A stretch of DNA of 38,430 bases from Candidatus Enteromonas sp. (GCA_045220635.1 JBGUWA010000142.1:1-38430), one strand, 5' to 3'; counted from the stretch's first letter, positions 1-8,716 are shown. Numbers and translations are program-made. Notes: generated by a model not told the origin, from the sequence alone.

Positions 1-1062
1 GAAAACTTTCGCGACCTCGCGGAATACCCTGGCCGTTATGGCAAATTAAGCAAAGGCGTCATCTATCGCTCGGGAGATATTTCCAAAGCCAACGAGCATG
101 ATTTGAACTTGCTCCGTGAGCTTGGCATAAAAACGGTCATTGATTTACGAAGCCCCGATTCATGGAAGGACAGGCCATCACCGTTTGAAAACGACCCAAA
201 CGTTGAGCTCGTTCAAATTAACGTCGGTCAAGGCAACACCTTTCCTAAGACGGAAGCGGAAATGCCCGAGATGTATTTGACTTACGTAAGCAACCCGGCC
301 TTAAGCCGTCGCTTCTTCAAAACCATCATCGCCTGCCAGAAGCCCGTTTTGATTCACTGCGAAGCGGGGAAAGATCGCACCGGTGTTATGTCGCTTTTGC
401 TCCAAATGGCCAACGGTGTCACCAAAAAGAACTTGGCCTATGACTATAATCTTTCTTACGATGGCCGCTTAAGTAGACATGAAGCGCTGATCCAGAGCAT
501 ATTCCCGGATCTACCGTATTTCTGTTATCACGTCGATCCGACCACCATCAAAAAGTTCATCGACCTCTTCCTTTACCGCTATGGCATCATCGAAAACTAC
601 ATGGAAGCGATGGGCCTTAACGACTCGGAAATCGATACGATCCGCAACATTTTTGGCAAACAAGAACGTTCCGCGGGAGCGGTGGTCTTCCATGAAAACA
701 AAGTCCTCGTCGAACACATGCGCCTTGGCCATTATTCGATGCCCAAAGGACATGTCGAGAAGTTCGACAAAGACCTTGAAGGGACCGCGATAAGGGAAAT
801 CAAAGAGGAAACTGGGCTCGACGCGACCTTACTTCCGGGCTTTCAAAAAGACACCGTTTATTCGGCGAAAGAAGGAAAGGTCAAACGGGTGACCTGGTAT
901 ATTGCCACCGTGGAAAACGAAAACACCACCCCGCAAGAAGAGGAAATCCAAGACTGCTATTTCCTTAGCCCAGCAGATGCGATGCGCGTGCTTAGCTATG
1001 AATCCGACCGAGAAATATTGAAGCTTGCTTGTGACGTTTATTTCGCGGATTTGCTCTCGTAA
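1..1062 (+). CDS. Cys-based phosphatase domain (Y_phosphatase3-like, CX5R) fused to a C-terminal NUDIX hydrolase domain; 5' end lies outside the window
   Basis: Frame 1 is open from base 1 (ENFRDLAEYPGRYGKLSKGVIYRSGD...), so the TTG at 103 used by the ORF track is internal. P-loop IHCEAGKDRTG (HCX5R[ST]). Nudix box PKGHVEKFDKDLEGTAIREIKEETGL closely resembles the Ap4A-hydrolase (NUDT2-like) subgroup. Confidence 0.8.
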   Translation, partial: ENFRDLAEYPGRYGKLSKGVIYRSGDISKANEHDLNLLRELGIKTVIDLRSPDSWKDRPSPFENDPNVELVQINVGQGNTFPKTEAEMPEMYLTYVSNPALSRRFFKTIIACQKPVLIHCEAGKDRTGVMSLLLQMANGVTKKNLAYDYNLSYDGRLSRHEALIQSIFPDLPYFCYHVDPTTIKKFIDLFLYRYGIIENYMEAMGLNDSEIDTIRNIFGKQERSAGAVVFHENKVLVEHMRLGHYSMPKGHVEKFDKDLEGTAIREIKEETGLDATLLPGFQKDTVYSAKEGKVKRVTWYIATVENENTTPQEEEIQDCYFLSPADAMRVLSYESDREILKLACDVYFADLLS

Positions 1063-1946
1063 ACGCTTTGAACGATATATTCGGCGTAGGCTTTGGCAAC
1101 GTTTTTGCCCGTGACTTTTTCCGCGCCGCGGAAGAAAGCGTTGGAATTGACCTCACAAAGGATGGGTTTCTCAGGATCACCCGAATCCAACAAATCCACG
1201 CCGCAATAATCTAGCCCGAGGATTCTCGCGGCTTTTTCGGCGATATCGATCTGGGCTTTGCTCATTTCATGCGCTTCGCCTGTGCCCCCTTGGGCGATGT
1301 TGCTACGGAAGTCGCCGTTAAGCGAGCGGCGGCGGTATCCGCAATAGAAGCGCCCACCGATAACGATAATGCGGTCGTCGAATCCTTTGGAGGTGGCGAT
1401 GAACTGTTGGTAAATACGGGCCTGGTTTTGTAACTTCGACTCCATTTCCAAAAGCTGTGCTTCGTTTTCGACCAAATAAACGCTTTGGCCTTGTGAGCCA
1501 TAGTTGGCCTTGGCCACCATGGGGAAGGGAATCGCCTTCATGAGGTTATTGATGAAGGTTCTATCGTGGCTTGGCACATAGCAAAGGGGGCCTGAAACCG
1601 TTGCAGGCATCGCGATGCCTTGATCGGCTAGCGCGAGGTGGGTGAGCATTTTGTCGTCGCAAGCTTCGATTGCCGCGGCGGAGTTGAAAAGACGCAGTCC
1701 ACATTTTTCAAGCAACGAAGCAAGGTAACGGTCTTTGTCCAAATAAAGAACGAAGTCGTAGGGCAGGGGTTCGTGCTGAATCGAACCATCGCCGGCGACA
1801 TGAGCGAAAATCTCCGCGGCGGTCTTGCTTTCGCTTTCGATTTCAAGCAAGGAAAACTCTTCGCTCATACGGTCGCGAAAATACGCGAGCGAAGGATTCA
1901 AAACGTAGGCGTTGGTTAAGATGAGGCAGCGGTAAGTTTTCTGCAT
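1038..1946 (-). CDS. RimK-family ATP-grasp ligase (alpha-L-glutamate ligase-like)
   Basis: 302 aa. ATP-grasp signatures MVAKANYGSQGQSVYLV, DDRIIVIGGRFYCGYRRRS..GDFRSNIAQGG and CGVDLL...ILCEVNSNAFF match the RimK pattern. Confidence 0.75.
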   Translation of the reverse strand: MQKTYRCLILTNAYVLNPSLAYFRDRMSEEFSLLEIESESKTAAEIFAHVAGDGSIQHEPLPYDFVLYLDKDRYLASLLEKCGLRLFNSAAAIEACDDKMLTHLALADQGIAMPATVSGPLCYVPSHDRTFINNLMKAIPFPMVAKANYGSQGQSVYLVENEAQLLEMESKLQNQARIYQQFIATSKGFDDRIIVIGGRFYCGYRRRSLNGDFRSNIAQGGTGEAHEMSKAQIDIAEKAARILGLDYCGVDLLDSGDPEKPILCEVNSNAFFRGAEKVTGKNVAKAYAEYIVQSVYESKSAK

Positions 1947-1952
1947 GCGACA

Positions 1953-1981
1953 ATTTTATGTCGATAGCGGAGTCCAAACAA
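1953..1981 (-). promoter_or_regulatory. Candidate promoter of the ATP-grasp gene (leaderless geometry)
   Basis: Minus strand reads TTGTTT - 17 nt - (CA)TAAAAT - tgtcgc - ATG(1946). No SD lies between the -10 and the start. Confidence 0.45.
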
Positions 1982-2058
1982 TAAACCAAGAAACCACATT
2001 CAGAATTGAAAAGCTTTTTTTGCTCATTAAAATTAAATGAAATCAAGGAGTATTAACC

Positions 2059-2271
2059 ATGGCTGATGCAAAAAAGGTTTACCACGTTTCCAAACGTGCC
2101 GAAGATGGCAAATGGGTCATCAAATTCGCGGGCGGCGAGAAAGTGATTAAGACTTTCGCGACCAAAGACGAAGCCCTTGCCTATGCGGACAAACTCGCGG
2201 AAAACCAAGAGGGAACCGTCCAATTCCACGCCTCCAAAGGAAAGAACAAAGGCAAAATCCAAAAACGCTAA
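2059..2271 (+). CDS. DUF2188-family small protein
   Basis: 70 aa. YHVSKRAEDGKWVIKFAGGEKVIKTFATKDEALAYADKLA fits the DUF2188 pattern. Strong SD AAGGAG 8 nt upstream. Confidence 0.7.
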   Translation: MADAKKVYHVSKRAEDGKWVIKFAGGEKVIKTFATKDEALAYADKLAENQEGTVQFHASKGKNKGKIQKR

Positions 2272-2280
2272 AACAACCAT

Positions 2281-2322
2281 AGAAGAGAGGGGCCAAACGC
2301 TCCTCTCTTCTTTATCTTTTTT
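2281..2322 (+). terminator. Rho-independent terminator
   Basis: Perfect 10-bp stem AGAAGAGAGG (2281-2290) / CCTCTCTTCT (2302-2311), followed by TTATCTTTTTT. Confidence 0.8.
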
Positions 2323-2380
2323 GAAAAATCCGTAAGTTTTGCGGAGATTTCACGTATTTCGCATCGATAATCAATGCGTT

Positions 2381-2402
2381 TTTATGCGCAGAGGCATAAA
2401 AT
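2381..2402 (+). promoter_or_regulatory. Candidate -10 (TAAAAT 2397-2402) overlapped by a 7-6-7 inverted repeat; possible auto-operator of the DtxR/MntR-type repressor
   Basis: TTTATGC (2381-2387) gcagag GCATAAA (2394-2400) is a perfect inverted repeat. TAAAAT is followed by actaat, then ATG 2409. Confidence 0.35.
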
Positions 2403-2408
2403 ACTAAT

Positions 2409-2774
2409 ATGTTCATCACAACCAAATCCCAAGAAGATTTCCTCGAAGCGCTCCTGATGCTTGAACAAAAGGGCGAACCTTTGGAGACCACGCGCGTCGC
2501 CAAACTCCTTGGCGTTTCCAAGCCGGCGATTCACCAAATGGGTCATGAACTCATCGATCGCGGCTGGATCACCCGCAAGGACTACGGGGATATGAAACTC
2601 ACCGACGAAGGCCGTGCCATCGCGGAAAAGGTTTTGGAACGCCATCACATCATCAAGCAGTTCCTATTGGATCTTGGCGTAAGCGAAGAAACCGCGGAAC
2701 ACGATTGCTGCTTGATCGAGCACGACCTTTCCGAGGAAACGTTCGAAGCCATTAAAAAGAAAACGCTAGGCTAA
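2409..2774 (+). CDS. DtxR/MntR-family metal-dependent transcriptional repressor
   Basis: 121 aa. Winged-HTH part SQEDFLEALLMLEQKGEPLETTRVAKLLGVSKPAIHQMGHELIDRGWI. Dimerisation/metal part ERHHIIKQFLLDLGVSEETAEHDCCLIEHDLS. Confidence 0.85.
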   Translation: MFITTKSQEDFLEALLMLEQKGEPLETTRVAKLLGVSKPAIHQMGHELIDRGWITRKDYGDMKLTDEGRAIAEKVLERHHIIKQFLLDLGVSEETAEHDCCLIEHDLSEETFEAIKKKTLG

Positions 2775-2793
2775 CCCAGCGTTCTCGATGATG

Positions 2794-2817
2794 CCCGCTG
2801 ATGCGGGTTTTATTTTT
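2794..2817 (+). terminator. Rho-independent terminator (hairpin shared with the convergent gene end)
   Basis: CCCGC tgat GCGGG followed by TTTTATTTTT. The stop codon of the minus-strand gene (2810-2812) lies inside the T-run. Confidence 0.65.
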
Positions 2818-3382
2818 GGGTTTCTTTAAGAGGATCGATGATGGCGAAGCGAATGCGCTCATGGAGAAGGCGTGATTCTGTGTCGCTATTGCGTTCATCC
2901 GCCATCAAGAATGCGTTGCCTAAACGGAACGCTTCTTTTTCAAGGCTCTCAAGAGCTTCGTCGCTGATGCCAGAAGCGCGAACCAATTCCAACACGTCAT
3001 CCCAAAGGGGAGCAAGTCCGACTTCGAGGAGATTCAAAAGTTCTTCTTGCTCTTCTTTCGGCGTATTGAGAACCGTGTCGTAGTCACAACGAATCTCGAT
3101 TCCTTTGTAGGCGGAGTACTTAATGCCAAAGCCGAGAATATCGAAGCAAAACGCCGACATTGCCCTGAGGTAACCGAGAGAACCTTTCTTGGCTTCCGCT
3201 TCCAAAGCGGATTTAAGGAGCTCAAATTCCAGTTTCAAATCAAAGATCGCAAGAAAGCGTTTGGGGGTTAAGCGTTTTTCTTCGACCGCTTTTTCGTCAA
3301 AACCCTGGTATAGGGAATCGATAAGCGACGCCAAACGTTTATGGGTCGCATAAGAATCATTAAGAAGTAATTGGTAGTCCAT
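2810..3382 (-). CDS. Hypothetical protein (acidic, predicted helical); no family recognised
   Basis: 190-aa ORF with SD GAGG 6 nt upstream of the ATG (minus strand ...ggaaagaggcatcttATG). Monocistronic, between two plus-strand units. Confidence 0.6.
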   Translation of the reverse strand: MDYQLLLNDSYATHKRLASLIDSLYQGFDEKAVEEKRLTPKRFLAIFDLKLEFELLKSALEAEAKKGSLGYLRAMSAFCFDILGFGIKYSAYKGIEIRCDYDTVLNTPKEEQEELLNLLEVGLAPLWDDVLELVRASGISDEALESLEKEAFRLGNAFLMADERNSDTESRLLHERIRFAIIDPLKETQK

Positions 3383-3621
3383 AAGATGCCTCTTTCCATA
3401 ATGATACTACAGGCGCGCAGGCATGAAAGAGCACAACTTTGAGGAAAAGCGGTAGAAAATCGCCAAAGGAACGGATACTGAAGGAAAATAGATGCCATTT
3501 CAATTCCGAAAAAAATGTCGATGAATACTGATTTTGTATTTATTGATGAAGTTAAACACTAGACTATTTTCCTCCAAAGGGGTACTTTTTGCCCTGTCAA
3601 ATCCTGAAAAGGGGTCATTTT

Positions 3622-4965
3622 ATGAAAAAATACACCAAAGCCGACATCCTAAAGATGGCAAAAGAGGAAAACGTTAGATACGTGCGCCTCCAATTTTCCG
3701 ATATTCTCGGAACGATCAAAGCGGTCGAAATCTCCGTTTCGCAGCTAGAAAGCGCATTGGACAACAAAATCATGTTCGATGGTTCCTCCGTTGAAGGATA
3801 TGTCCGCATCAAAGAAGCCGATATGTACCTTTATCCGGACTACAACACCTGGCAGATTCTCTGGTTTGAGGACAATAGCTATGGCACGATCGCCCGTTTG
3901 ATCTGTGACGTCTATACGCCCTATGGCAAACCGTTCCAAGGCGACCCGCGTTACATCTTAAAGAAACAGATCCGCGCGATGAAGGAAGCGGGCATCGGCA
4001 ACTTCGACGTTGGCTTTGAACCCGAGTTCTTCCTGTTCAAACTCGATGAAAACGGCAAACCCACGGTCAATCCCGTCGACAAAGGCGGCTACTTCGATCT
4101 TTCGCCGATCGATGGCGCCGAGTATGTCCGTCGCGATATCGCCCTTGAACTCGAAAAGCTGGGCTTCGTCATCCAGACCGCCCACCACGAAGTGGCTCCT
4201 GGCCAAGAGGAAATCAACTTCCGCTTCGATCATGTCCTTGAAGCCTGCGATAACTTGCAGACCTTCCGTCAGGTCGTCAAATGCATTTCCCGTAAACATG
4301 GTTACCACGCGACCTTCATGCCGAAACCCATCGCCGGCATCAACGGTTCGGGCATGCACACCAATTGCTCGATTTCCGACCCCGAGGGCAACAACCTCTT
4401 CTATGATGCCAACGACCCAATGAAGCTTTCCGTCCTCTGCCGCAAGTTCATCAGCGGCATCATCAAGCACGCTCGCGGCATGGCTGCCATCACCAATTCC
4501 ACGGTCAACTCCTATAAGCGTTTGATTCCGGGTTACGAAGCCCCTTGCTATGTGTGCTGGAGCGACGCCAACCGTTCCGCGATGATCCGTATCCCGGCTT
4601 CCCGCGGCCAGTCCACCCGTGCCGAACTCCGTCATGTCGACCCGATGGCCAACCCTTATCTCGCCCTCGCCGTCATCATCGCCGCCGGTTTGGATGGCAT
4701 CAAGAACACGAAGGAAGAGAAGATGGTTCCGCCGGTATACGACAACATCTTCGCCTTGACCCGCGAACAGCGCGAAGCCCAAGGTATCCCCAACCTCCCC
4801 GAGAACCTCAAAGACGCTCTAAAGGAAATGAAGGCCGACCCCCTCATCTATCGCGTCCTTGGCGAACATGCCTTTGGCAAGTACTACGCCGCGAAGTCCA
4901 TCGAATGGGATTCCTTCCGCGCCATCGTCACCGATTGGGAACTCAAAACCTATCTCAATCGATAA
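3622..4965 (+). CDS. glnA: Glutamine synthetase, type I (short Firmicutes-type form)
   Basis: MKKYTKADILKMAKEENVRYVRLQFSDILGTIK..., MFDGSSVEGYVRIKEADMYL and NGSGMHTNCS are GS-I signatures. ATG 3622 is preceded by AAAAGGGG 7 nt upstream. The track start 3589 (TTG) was rejected. Confidence 0.95.
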   Translation: MKKYTKADILKMAKEENVRYVRLQFSDILGTIKAVEISVSQLESALDNKIMFDGSSVEGYVRIKEADMYLYPDYNTWQILWFEDNSYGTIARLICDVYTPYGKPFQGDPRYILKKQIRAMKEAGIGNFDVGFEPEFFLFKLDENGKPTVNPVDKGGYFDLSPIDGAEYVRRDIALELEKLGFVIQTAHHEVAPGQEEINFRFDHVLEACDNLQTFRQVVKCISRKHGYHATFMPKPIAGINGSGMHTNCSISDPEGNNLFYDANDPMKLSVLCRKFISGIIKHARGMAAITNSTVNSYKRLIPGYEAPCYVCWSDANRSAMIRIPASRGQSTRAELRHVDPMANPYLALAVIIAAGLDGIKNTKEEKMVPPVYDNIFALTREQREAQGIPNLPENLKDALKEMKADPLIYRVLGEHAFGKYYAAKSIEWDSFRAIVTDWELKTYLNR

Positions 4966-4977
4966 ACCGATGAAACT

Positions 4978-5010
4978 ACGCCGAGCCACAGAGCTTGGCG
5001 TTTTTATTTT
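4978..5010 (+). terminator. Rho-independent terminator after glnA
   Basis: ACGCCGAG (4978-4985) pairs with CTTGGCGT (4994-5001), including one G-U pair, then TTTTATTTT. Confidence 0.7.
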
Positions 5011-5060
5011 CCTTCAATTCTTTCTACATTTTTCGTGTTGAAGAGAAGAAAATATGTGAC

Positions 5061-6227
5061 ATGGAAAAGGCAGTGAAGGTTGGCATCATCGGCGCATCGG
5101 CGGCAGGTCTGTATACCGCCCTTCTTTTTGCCCAGAAAAACCCCGCGGCCAAAATCACCGTCCTGGAACAAACCGATAAGGTTGGAAAGAAAATCCTTGC
5201 GACGGGAAATGGCCATTGCAATTTGATGCACGTTCCCTTCTCGCCATCGGCATTTAATCATCCCGATTTTGTCGCGGGATTGCTGCGTCAACATAGTGAG
5301 GAGGACATGCTCAAAGCATTGGAAGCTCTAGGCATCGTCACCATGGCAAAAGGCGAATTGCTTTACCCCCTTTCCTATAGCGCTTCCGCCCACGTTTCCC
5401 ATCTGATCAACCTCGCCAAGAGCTATGGCATCGATATCCGTTTGGGAGAAAAAGTCACCGGAATCCGTGCCGCGAAAGTCCAAACCACCAAAGAAACGTA
5501 CCAATTCGATAAATTAGTTTTCGCTTTTGGAGGGAAAAGCCAACCCAATTTGGGATCGGATGGCTCCATGTTCGAAGTCTTGGACATGAAAGGCTACTCC
5601 ATCCGCAGGATGTCTCCCTCGTTGTGCCCGTTGAAATCACCCGATGTCCCGAAATCCCTATATGGGGTTCGCCATTCCGCGGAGGTCACGTTGAAAAACG
5701 GGAAAGAGGTTCTTTACCGCGAACTCGGCGAAGTGTTGTTCCGTAAAGACGGCATCTCCGGCATCTGCGTCATGAACGCCAGCAGCAAGCTTGTCCCTGG
5801 CGCAAGCCTCCATTTAGACCTGCTTCCCGAAATCAAACCGAACATCCTATTGCAGATGTTGGAATATGCATTCGAACGTTCTGGACACGAATTTCTCAAT
5901 GCGTTCTTTGAAAAACCTTTGGCCGAATTCTTACTAAATAAAGCGGGTTTTGCGGCGAAAAACGGAAAATTAGATGAGAATTGCGCGGAAAAACTCGTGC
6001 GAATCATCAAGGATTTGACGTTCGAAAACCTCACGCCTTATGGCTTTAATGATTCGCAAGTCACTCGCGGAGGCGTATCTCTTGATGACCTCACGAGTCA
6101 TTTGCAAAGCCGCCTCATCGATTGCCATTACTTCGTTGGCGAATGCGTTGATATCGATGGCTTGTGTGGCGGCTATAACCTTGGATTTGCGTTGCTCTCG
6201 GCGATGACGGTGGTGGATGTCTTATGA
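5061..6227 (+). CDS. BaiN/HI0933-family FAD-dependent oxidoreductase (aminoacetone-oxidase-like flavoprotein)
   Basis: N-terminal Rossmann motif KVGIIGASAAGLYTALLFA, then KKILATGNGHCNL and C-terminal VTRGGVSLDD...GECVDIDGLCGGYNL, all typical of the HI0933 family. Start placed at ATG 5061. Confidence 0.8.
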   Translation: MEKAVKVGIIGASAAGLYTALLFAQKNPAAKITVLEQTDKVGKKILATGNGHCNLMHVPFSPSAFNHPDFVAGLLRQHSEEDMLKALEALGIVTMAKGELLYPLSYSASAHVSHLINLAKSYGIDIRLGEKVTGIRAAKVQTTKETYQFDKLVFAFGGKSQPNLGSDGSMFEVLDMKGYSIRRMSPSLCPLKSPDVPKSLYGVRHSAEVTLKNGKEVLYRELGEVLFRKDGISGICVMNASSKLVPGASLHLDLLPEIKPNILLQMLEYAFERSGHEFLNAFFEKPLAEFLLNKAGFAAKNGKLDENCAEKLVRIIKDLTFENLTPYGFNDSQVTRGGVSLDDLTSHLQSRLIDCHYFVGECVDIDGLCGGYNLGFALLSAMTVVDVL

Positions 6228-7657
6228 AATACGTCGCGAAAAACGTCATCACCAGCATCGATGAAACGCCTACCGCACTCCGTAAAAAGGTTGCCGAAAA
6301 ACTAGGCGTTTCTCCTTTAGGCTTGCGCATCAACGTAATCCGCCGCGAATGGCGGCGCGGGAAGACTGGCGGATATATGGTCGTGACGGTGGAAGCCGAA
6401 ACGAACGAATTTATCCATAACACCGCGTTTTTCTCTTCCGATAACGAGGGAGAACCTATTCCCGAAACGACATTAAAACGCCGCCCTGTCGTCATTGGCT
6501 TTGGCATCGCTGGCGCCATTGCCGCATATGTTTTGGCTCAGCTGAACCTGAAACCCATCGTCATTGAAGCGGGGGAGAGCCTATCGGTTCGAGAATCCCG
6601 TGCTCGAGAAGCCGGCGTGGGCTTTGGCGATGGCGAAGGCGGACGCGCATCTTATACCGGCATGCTCTTTAGCCCAGATAACTTAGATCCTGCGTTACGT
6701 AAATTTCTCGCGGCGGAAGGCATCACCTTCGATTCGACCGACGCTCATCAATATCTCCCACCCGCGTTTATCAAGACGATGGTCAAGCGGCTTCATATGG
6801 CTATTCTCCGCAAAGGAGGGGAAGTGTTTTTCGAATCGAAATATCTCGGTACGAAGAGCTTTTTGGGCAAGATGTCCGGTATTTATTACGAGAGCAAAGG
6901 CGTCCGCAAATTCATCAAAACCGATCGCCTTTTGGTGGCCAACGGCATGCTAGACGACACCTTCTACCTTGGCTTTTCCTTGGAATCCTCCATCAAGAAA
7001 TACCAGGAATTTATTTATGGCAAACAAACGATTCCCGCGAATTTGCCCGGATATTTCGCCAAGACCTTCCACGCCCCAAAAGGCGGAAATCGCTGTGTCT
7101 TGATCACTGGCCTTCCCCGCCCGACGTTATTAGATCTTGGAACGAAACACCAAAGCGTTTCCCATGCGTTTGAATTCACCGCCCGTAACAAAAACGCCGT
7201 TTCCTATTTGGGTACCCAAGTTAGCAAAGAAGATGCGTTGCGCATCGCCAAAGAGGCCTACTCCATCGATAAACCCAATTCGATTCCGTGCACGACAGTG
7301 GGGGATTTCCTCGCAAGAAAAGACCCTTTGAAGCTTGGAACGACAAAACCCAACGATCTTAGCCGCGTCAACTTGACTTGCGTGAACCGTCTGTTCGGAA
7401 GCAACGCTTCGAATTCTTTGGAAATGGCCTTGCCTCAATTTTGCCGCGCTTTCCCGTATTTGTCCCAGCGCGACGCGATTATTCAGGGCATGATTCTGTT
7501 CCGGGGCGTTGAAAATCTCGATGCAAAATCCTATGCGAGTCACGGAATTTTCGTTCCCGTCGTTTCCGCCACGGACTCGATGGATTTCGCTTTCGTTTCC
7601 TCCGCAAGCTACCGCGCGGCGGCGTCTCTGTGCGCTCAAGGGCGAAAAGCACATTGA
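6224..7657 (+). CDS. FAD-dependent protein, COG2509-like (uncharacterised FAD dehydrogenase family)
   Basis: N-terminal small domain (LRKKVAEKLGV...INVIRREWRRGK...YMVVTVEAE), then VVIGFGIAGAIAAYVLAQ..KPIVIEAGE dinucleotide-binding motif. ATGA overlap with the upstream gene. Confidence 0.55.
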   Translation: MKYVAKNVITSIDETPTALRKKVAEKLGVSPLGLRINVIRREWRRGKTGGYMVVTVEAETNEFIHNTAFFSSDNEGEPIPETTLKRRPVVIGFGIAGAIAAYVLAQLNLKPIVIEAGESLSVRESRAREAGVGFGDGEGGRASYTGMLFSPDNLDPALRKFLAAEGITFDSTDAHQYLPPAFIKTMVKRLHMAILRKGGEVFFESKYLGTKSFLGKMSGIYYESKGVRKFIKTDRLLVANGMLDDTFYLGFSLESSIKKYQEFIYGKQTIPANLPGYFAKTFHAPKGGNRCVLITGLPRPTLLDLGTKHQSVSHAFEFTARNKNAVSYLGTQVSKEDALRIAKEAYSIDKPNSIPCTTVGDFLARKDPLKLGTTKPNDLSRVNLTCVNRLFGSNASNSLEMALPQFCRAFPYLSQRDAIIQGMILFRGVENLDAKSYASHGIFVPVVSATDSMDFAFVSSASYRAAASLCAQGRKAH

Positions 7658-7682
7658 CTATCTATCTAAGATAGACTTTAAT
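7654..7682 (+). promoter_or_regulatory. Candidate promoter for the membrane protein gene
   Basis: TTGACT (7654-7659) - 17 nt - TTTAAT (7677-7682). The spacer contains a small AT-rich hairpin TCTATC taa GATAGA. Confidence 0.4.
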
Positions 7683-7729
7683 ATTGGGGCCGCTTTTTCT
7701 AAGCGTTGTCTTTTTAAGGAGAGGTTGAT

Positions 7730-8698
7730 ATGAAGTATTCTTCCACCACTCGACTGATTAATACCATCATCTTTGCCATCTTGGCCGTCGGTTTCGGTAT
7801 CCTCGGCATTTACGTCGGCATCTTCATTGCCCCGTATGTTTGGAACCGTATGAACGACCCGTTTGGCAACGTCCATGATGGCATTGGCTGGGGCCTTGCC
7901 GCGATGCTTGGCGCCTTCGGCTTAGCGGGCATGCTCGTCAGCTTGTTCGGATTGTTCAATTCGATTCGTTCCCTTCTCAAAGGAAACGACGATGCCCTCG
8001 TTCGCAAGAGCTTTAGCTGCTACGTCGCCGTCGGTTATACCATCGGTTTGTTCGCTTTGCTCAACGCGATCTGGCTCTATCGTCTCACTTCTTCCAACCT
8101 CGGATATGACGACATTGGCTTCGTTATCGTGGTCTTCGCTTTGGTCTCGATCATCTCCCTCGTCGTAAGCAACATCCCCCTCATCCGCATGTATGGCGAG
8201 TCCGAAGAACTCAACAAAATCATGCGCGTGATCACCGGTCCTTTGTTTGCGGGTAGCGTCTCCGTCTTCCTTATCTACGGCATCTCCTTCCTCGTCCTCA
8301 ACGGCGCGGCTTCTGCCTACGAACGCGAAGCGGGTCTTATCGAATTTGGCAGCGGCGCCATCTTCTTCCTCGCCGCTTCCCTCCTCTCTTGCCTTGCTTT
8401 CTTCGGCTATGGCAAAGCGGACAAGAAGGGCGTCATTTCCAAAGCCAACGGCGTTGCCTTCGAAGGCTCCCTCTTCGTCATCGGCGCCGCGATTGTCTTC
8501 GCTGGCGTTTGGGAATACCTCAACCAGACCAACAAGAACAAGAACTTCAGCTCCCTTATCGCCAAAACCACCCCGAGCACCAACGCCAACTACCTCGACT
8601 TCTCCGTCATGTCCTGGATCTTCGGCGGCTTGCTCATCATCCTCGCGATCTTCCTTTGCTACTCCACGCTCTTCAAGAGTGGCAAAGAAAAGAAGTAA
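7730..8698 (+). CDS. Polytopic integral membrane protein, unknown function
   Basis: 322 aa with about 8-9 hydrophobic helices separated by short charged loops. Strong SD AAGGAGAGG upstream of ATG 7730. Confidence 0.7.
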   Translation: MKYSSTTRLINTIIFAILAVGFGILGIYVGIFIAPYVWNRMNDPFGNVHDGIGWGLAAMLGAFGLAGMLVSLFGLFNSIRSLLKGNDDALVRKSFSCYVAVGYTIGLFALLNAIWLYRLTSSNLGYDDIGFVIVVFALVSIISLVVSNIPLIRMYGESEELNKIMRVITGPLFAGSVSVFLIYGISFLVLNGAASAYEREAGLIEFGSGAIFFLAASLLSCLAFFGYGKADKKGVISKANGVAFEGSLFVIGAAIVFAGVWEYLNQTNKNKNFSSLIAKTTPSTNANYLDFSVMSWIFGGLLIILAIFLCYSTLFKSGKEKK

Positions 8699-8716
8699 TT
8701 CGAAACTTACTAAAGT

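Noticed and set aside
3499-3621. GlnR/TnrA box (TGTNA-N7-TNACA) upstream of glnA.
   Set aside because: Only half-site matches are present (for example TGTCA at the leader, followed by AAAAG instead of TNACA). No full 17-bp site exists.
3589-3621. Upstream extensions proposed by the ORF track for glnA (3589), the BaiN-like gene (4995), the tgt-upstream gene (9521), queA (11214), queH (12316), rplP (18501) and hydA (34919).
   Set aside because: Each extension begins at a non-canonical or poorly placed start, adds non-conserved residues and usually overlaps the preceding gene. The internal ATGs give the canonical family N-termini and have proper SDs, overlap coupling or promoter context.
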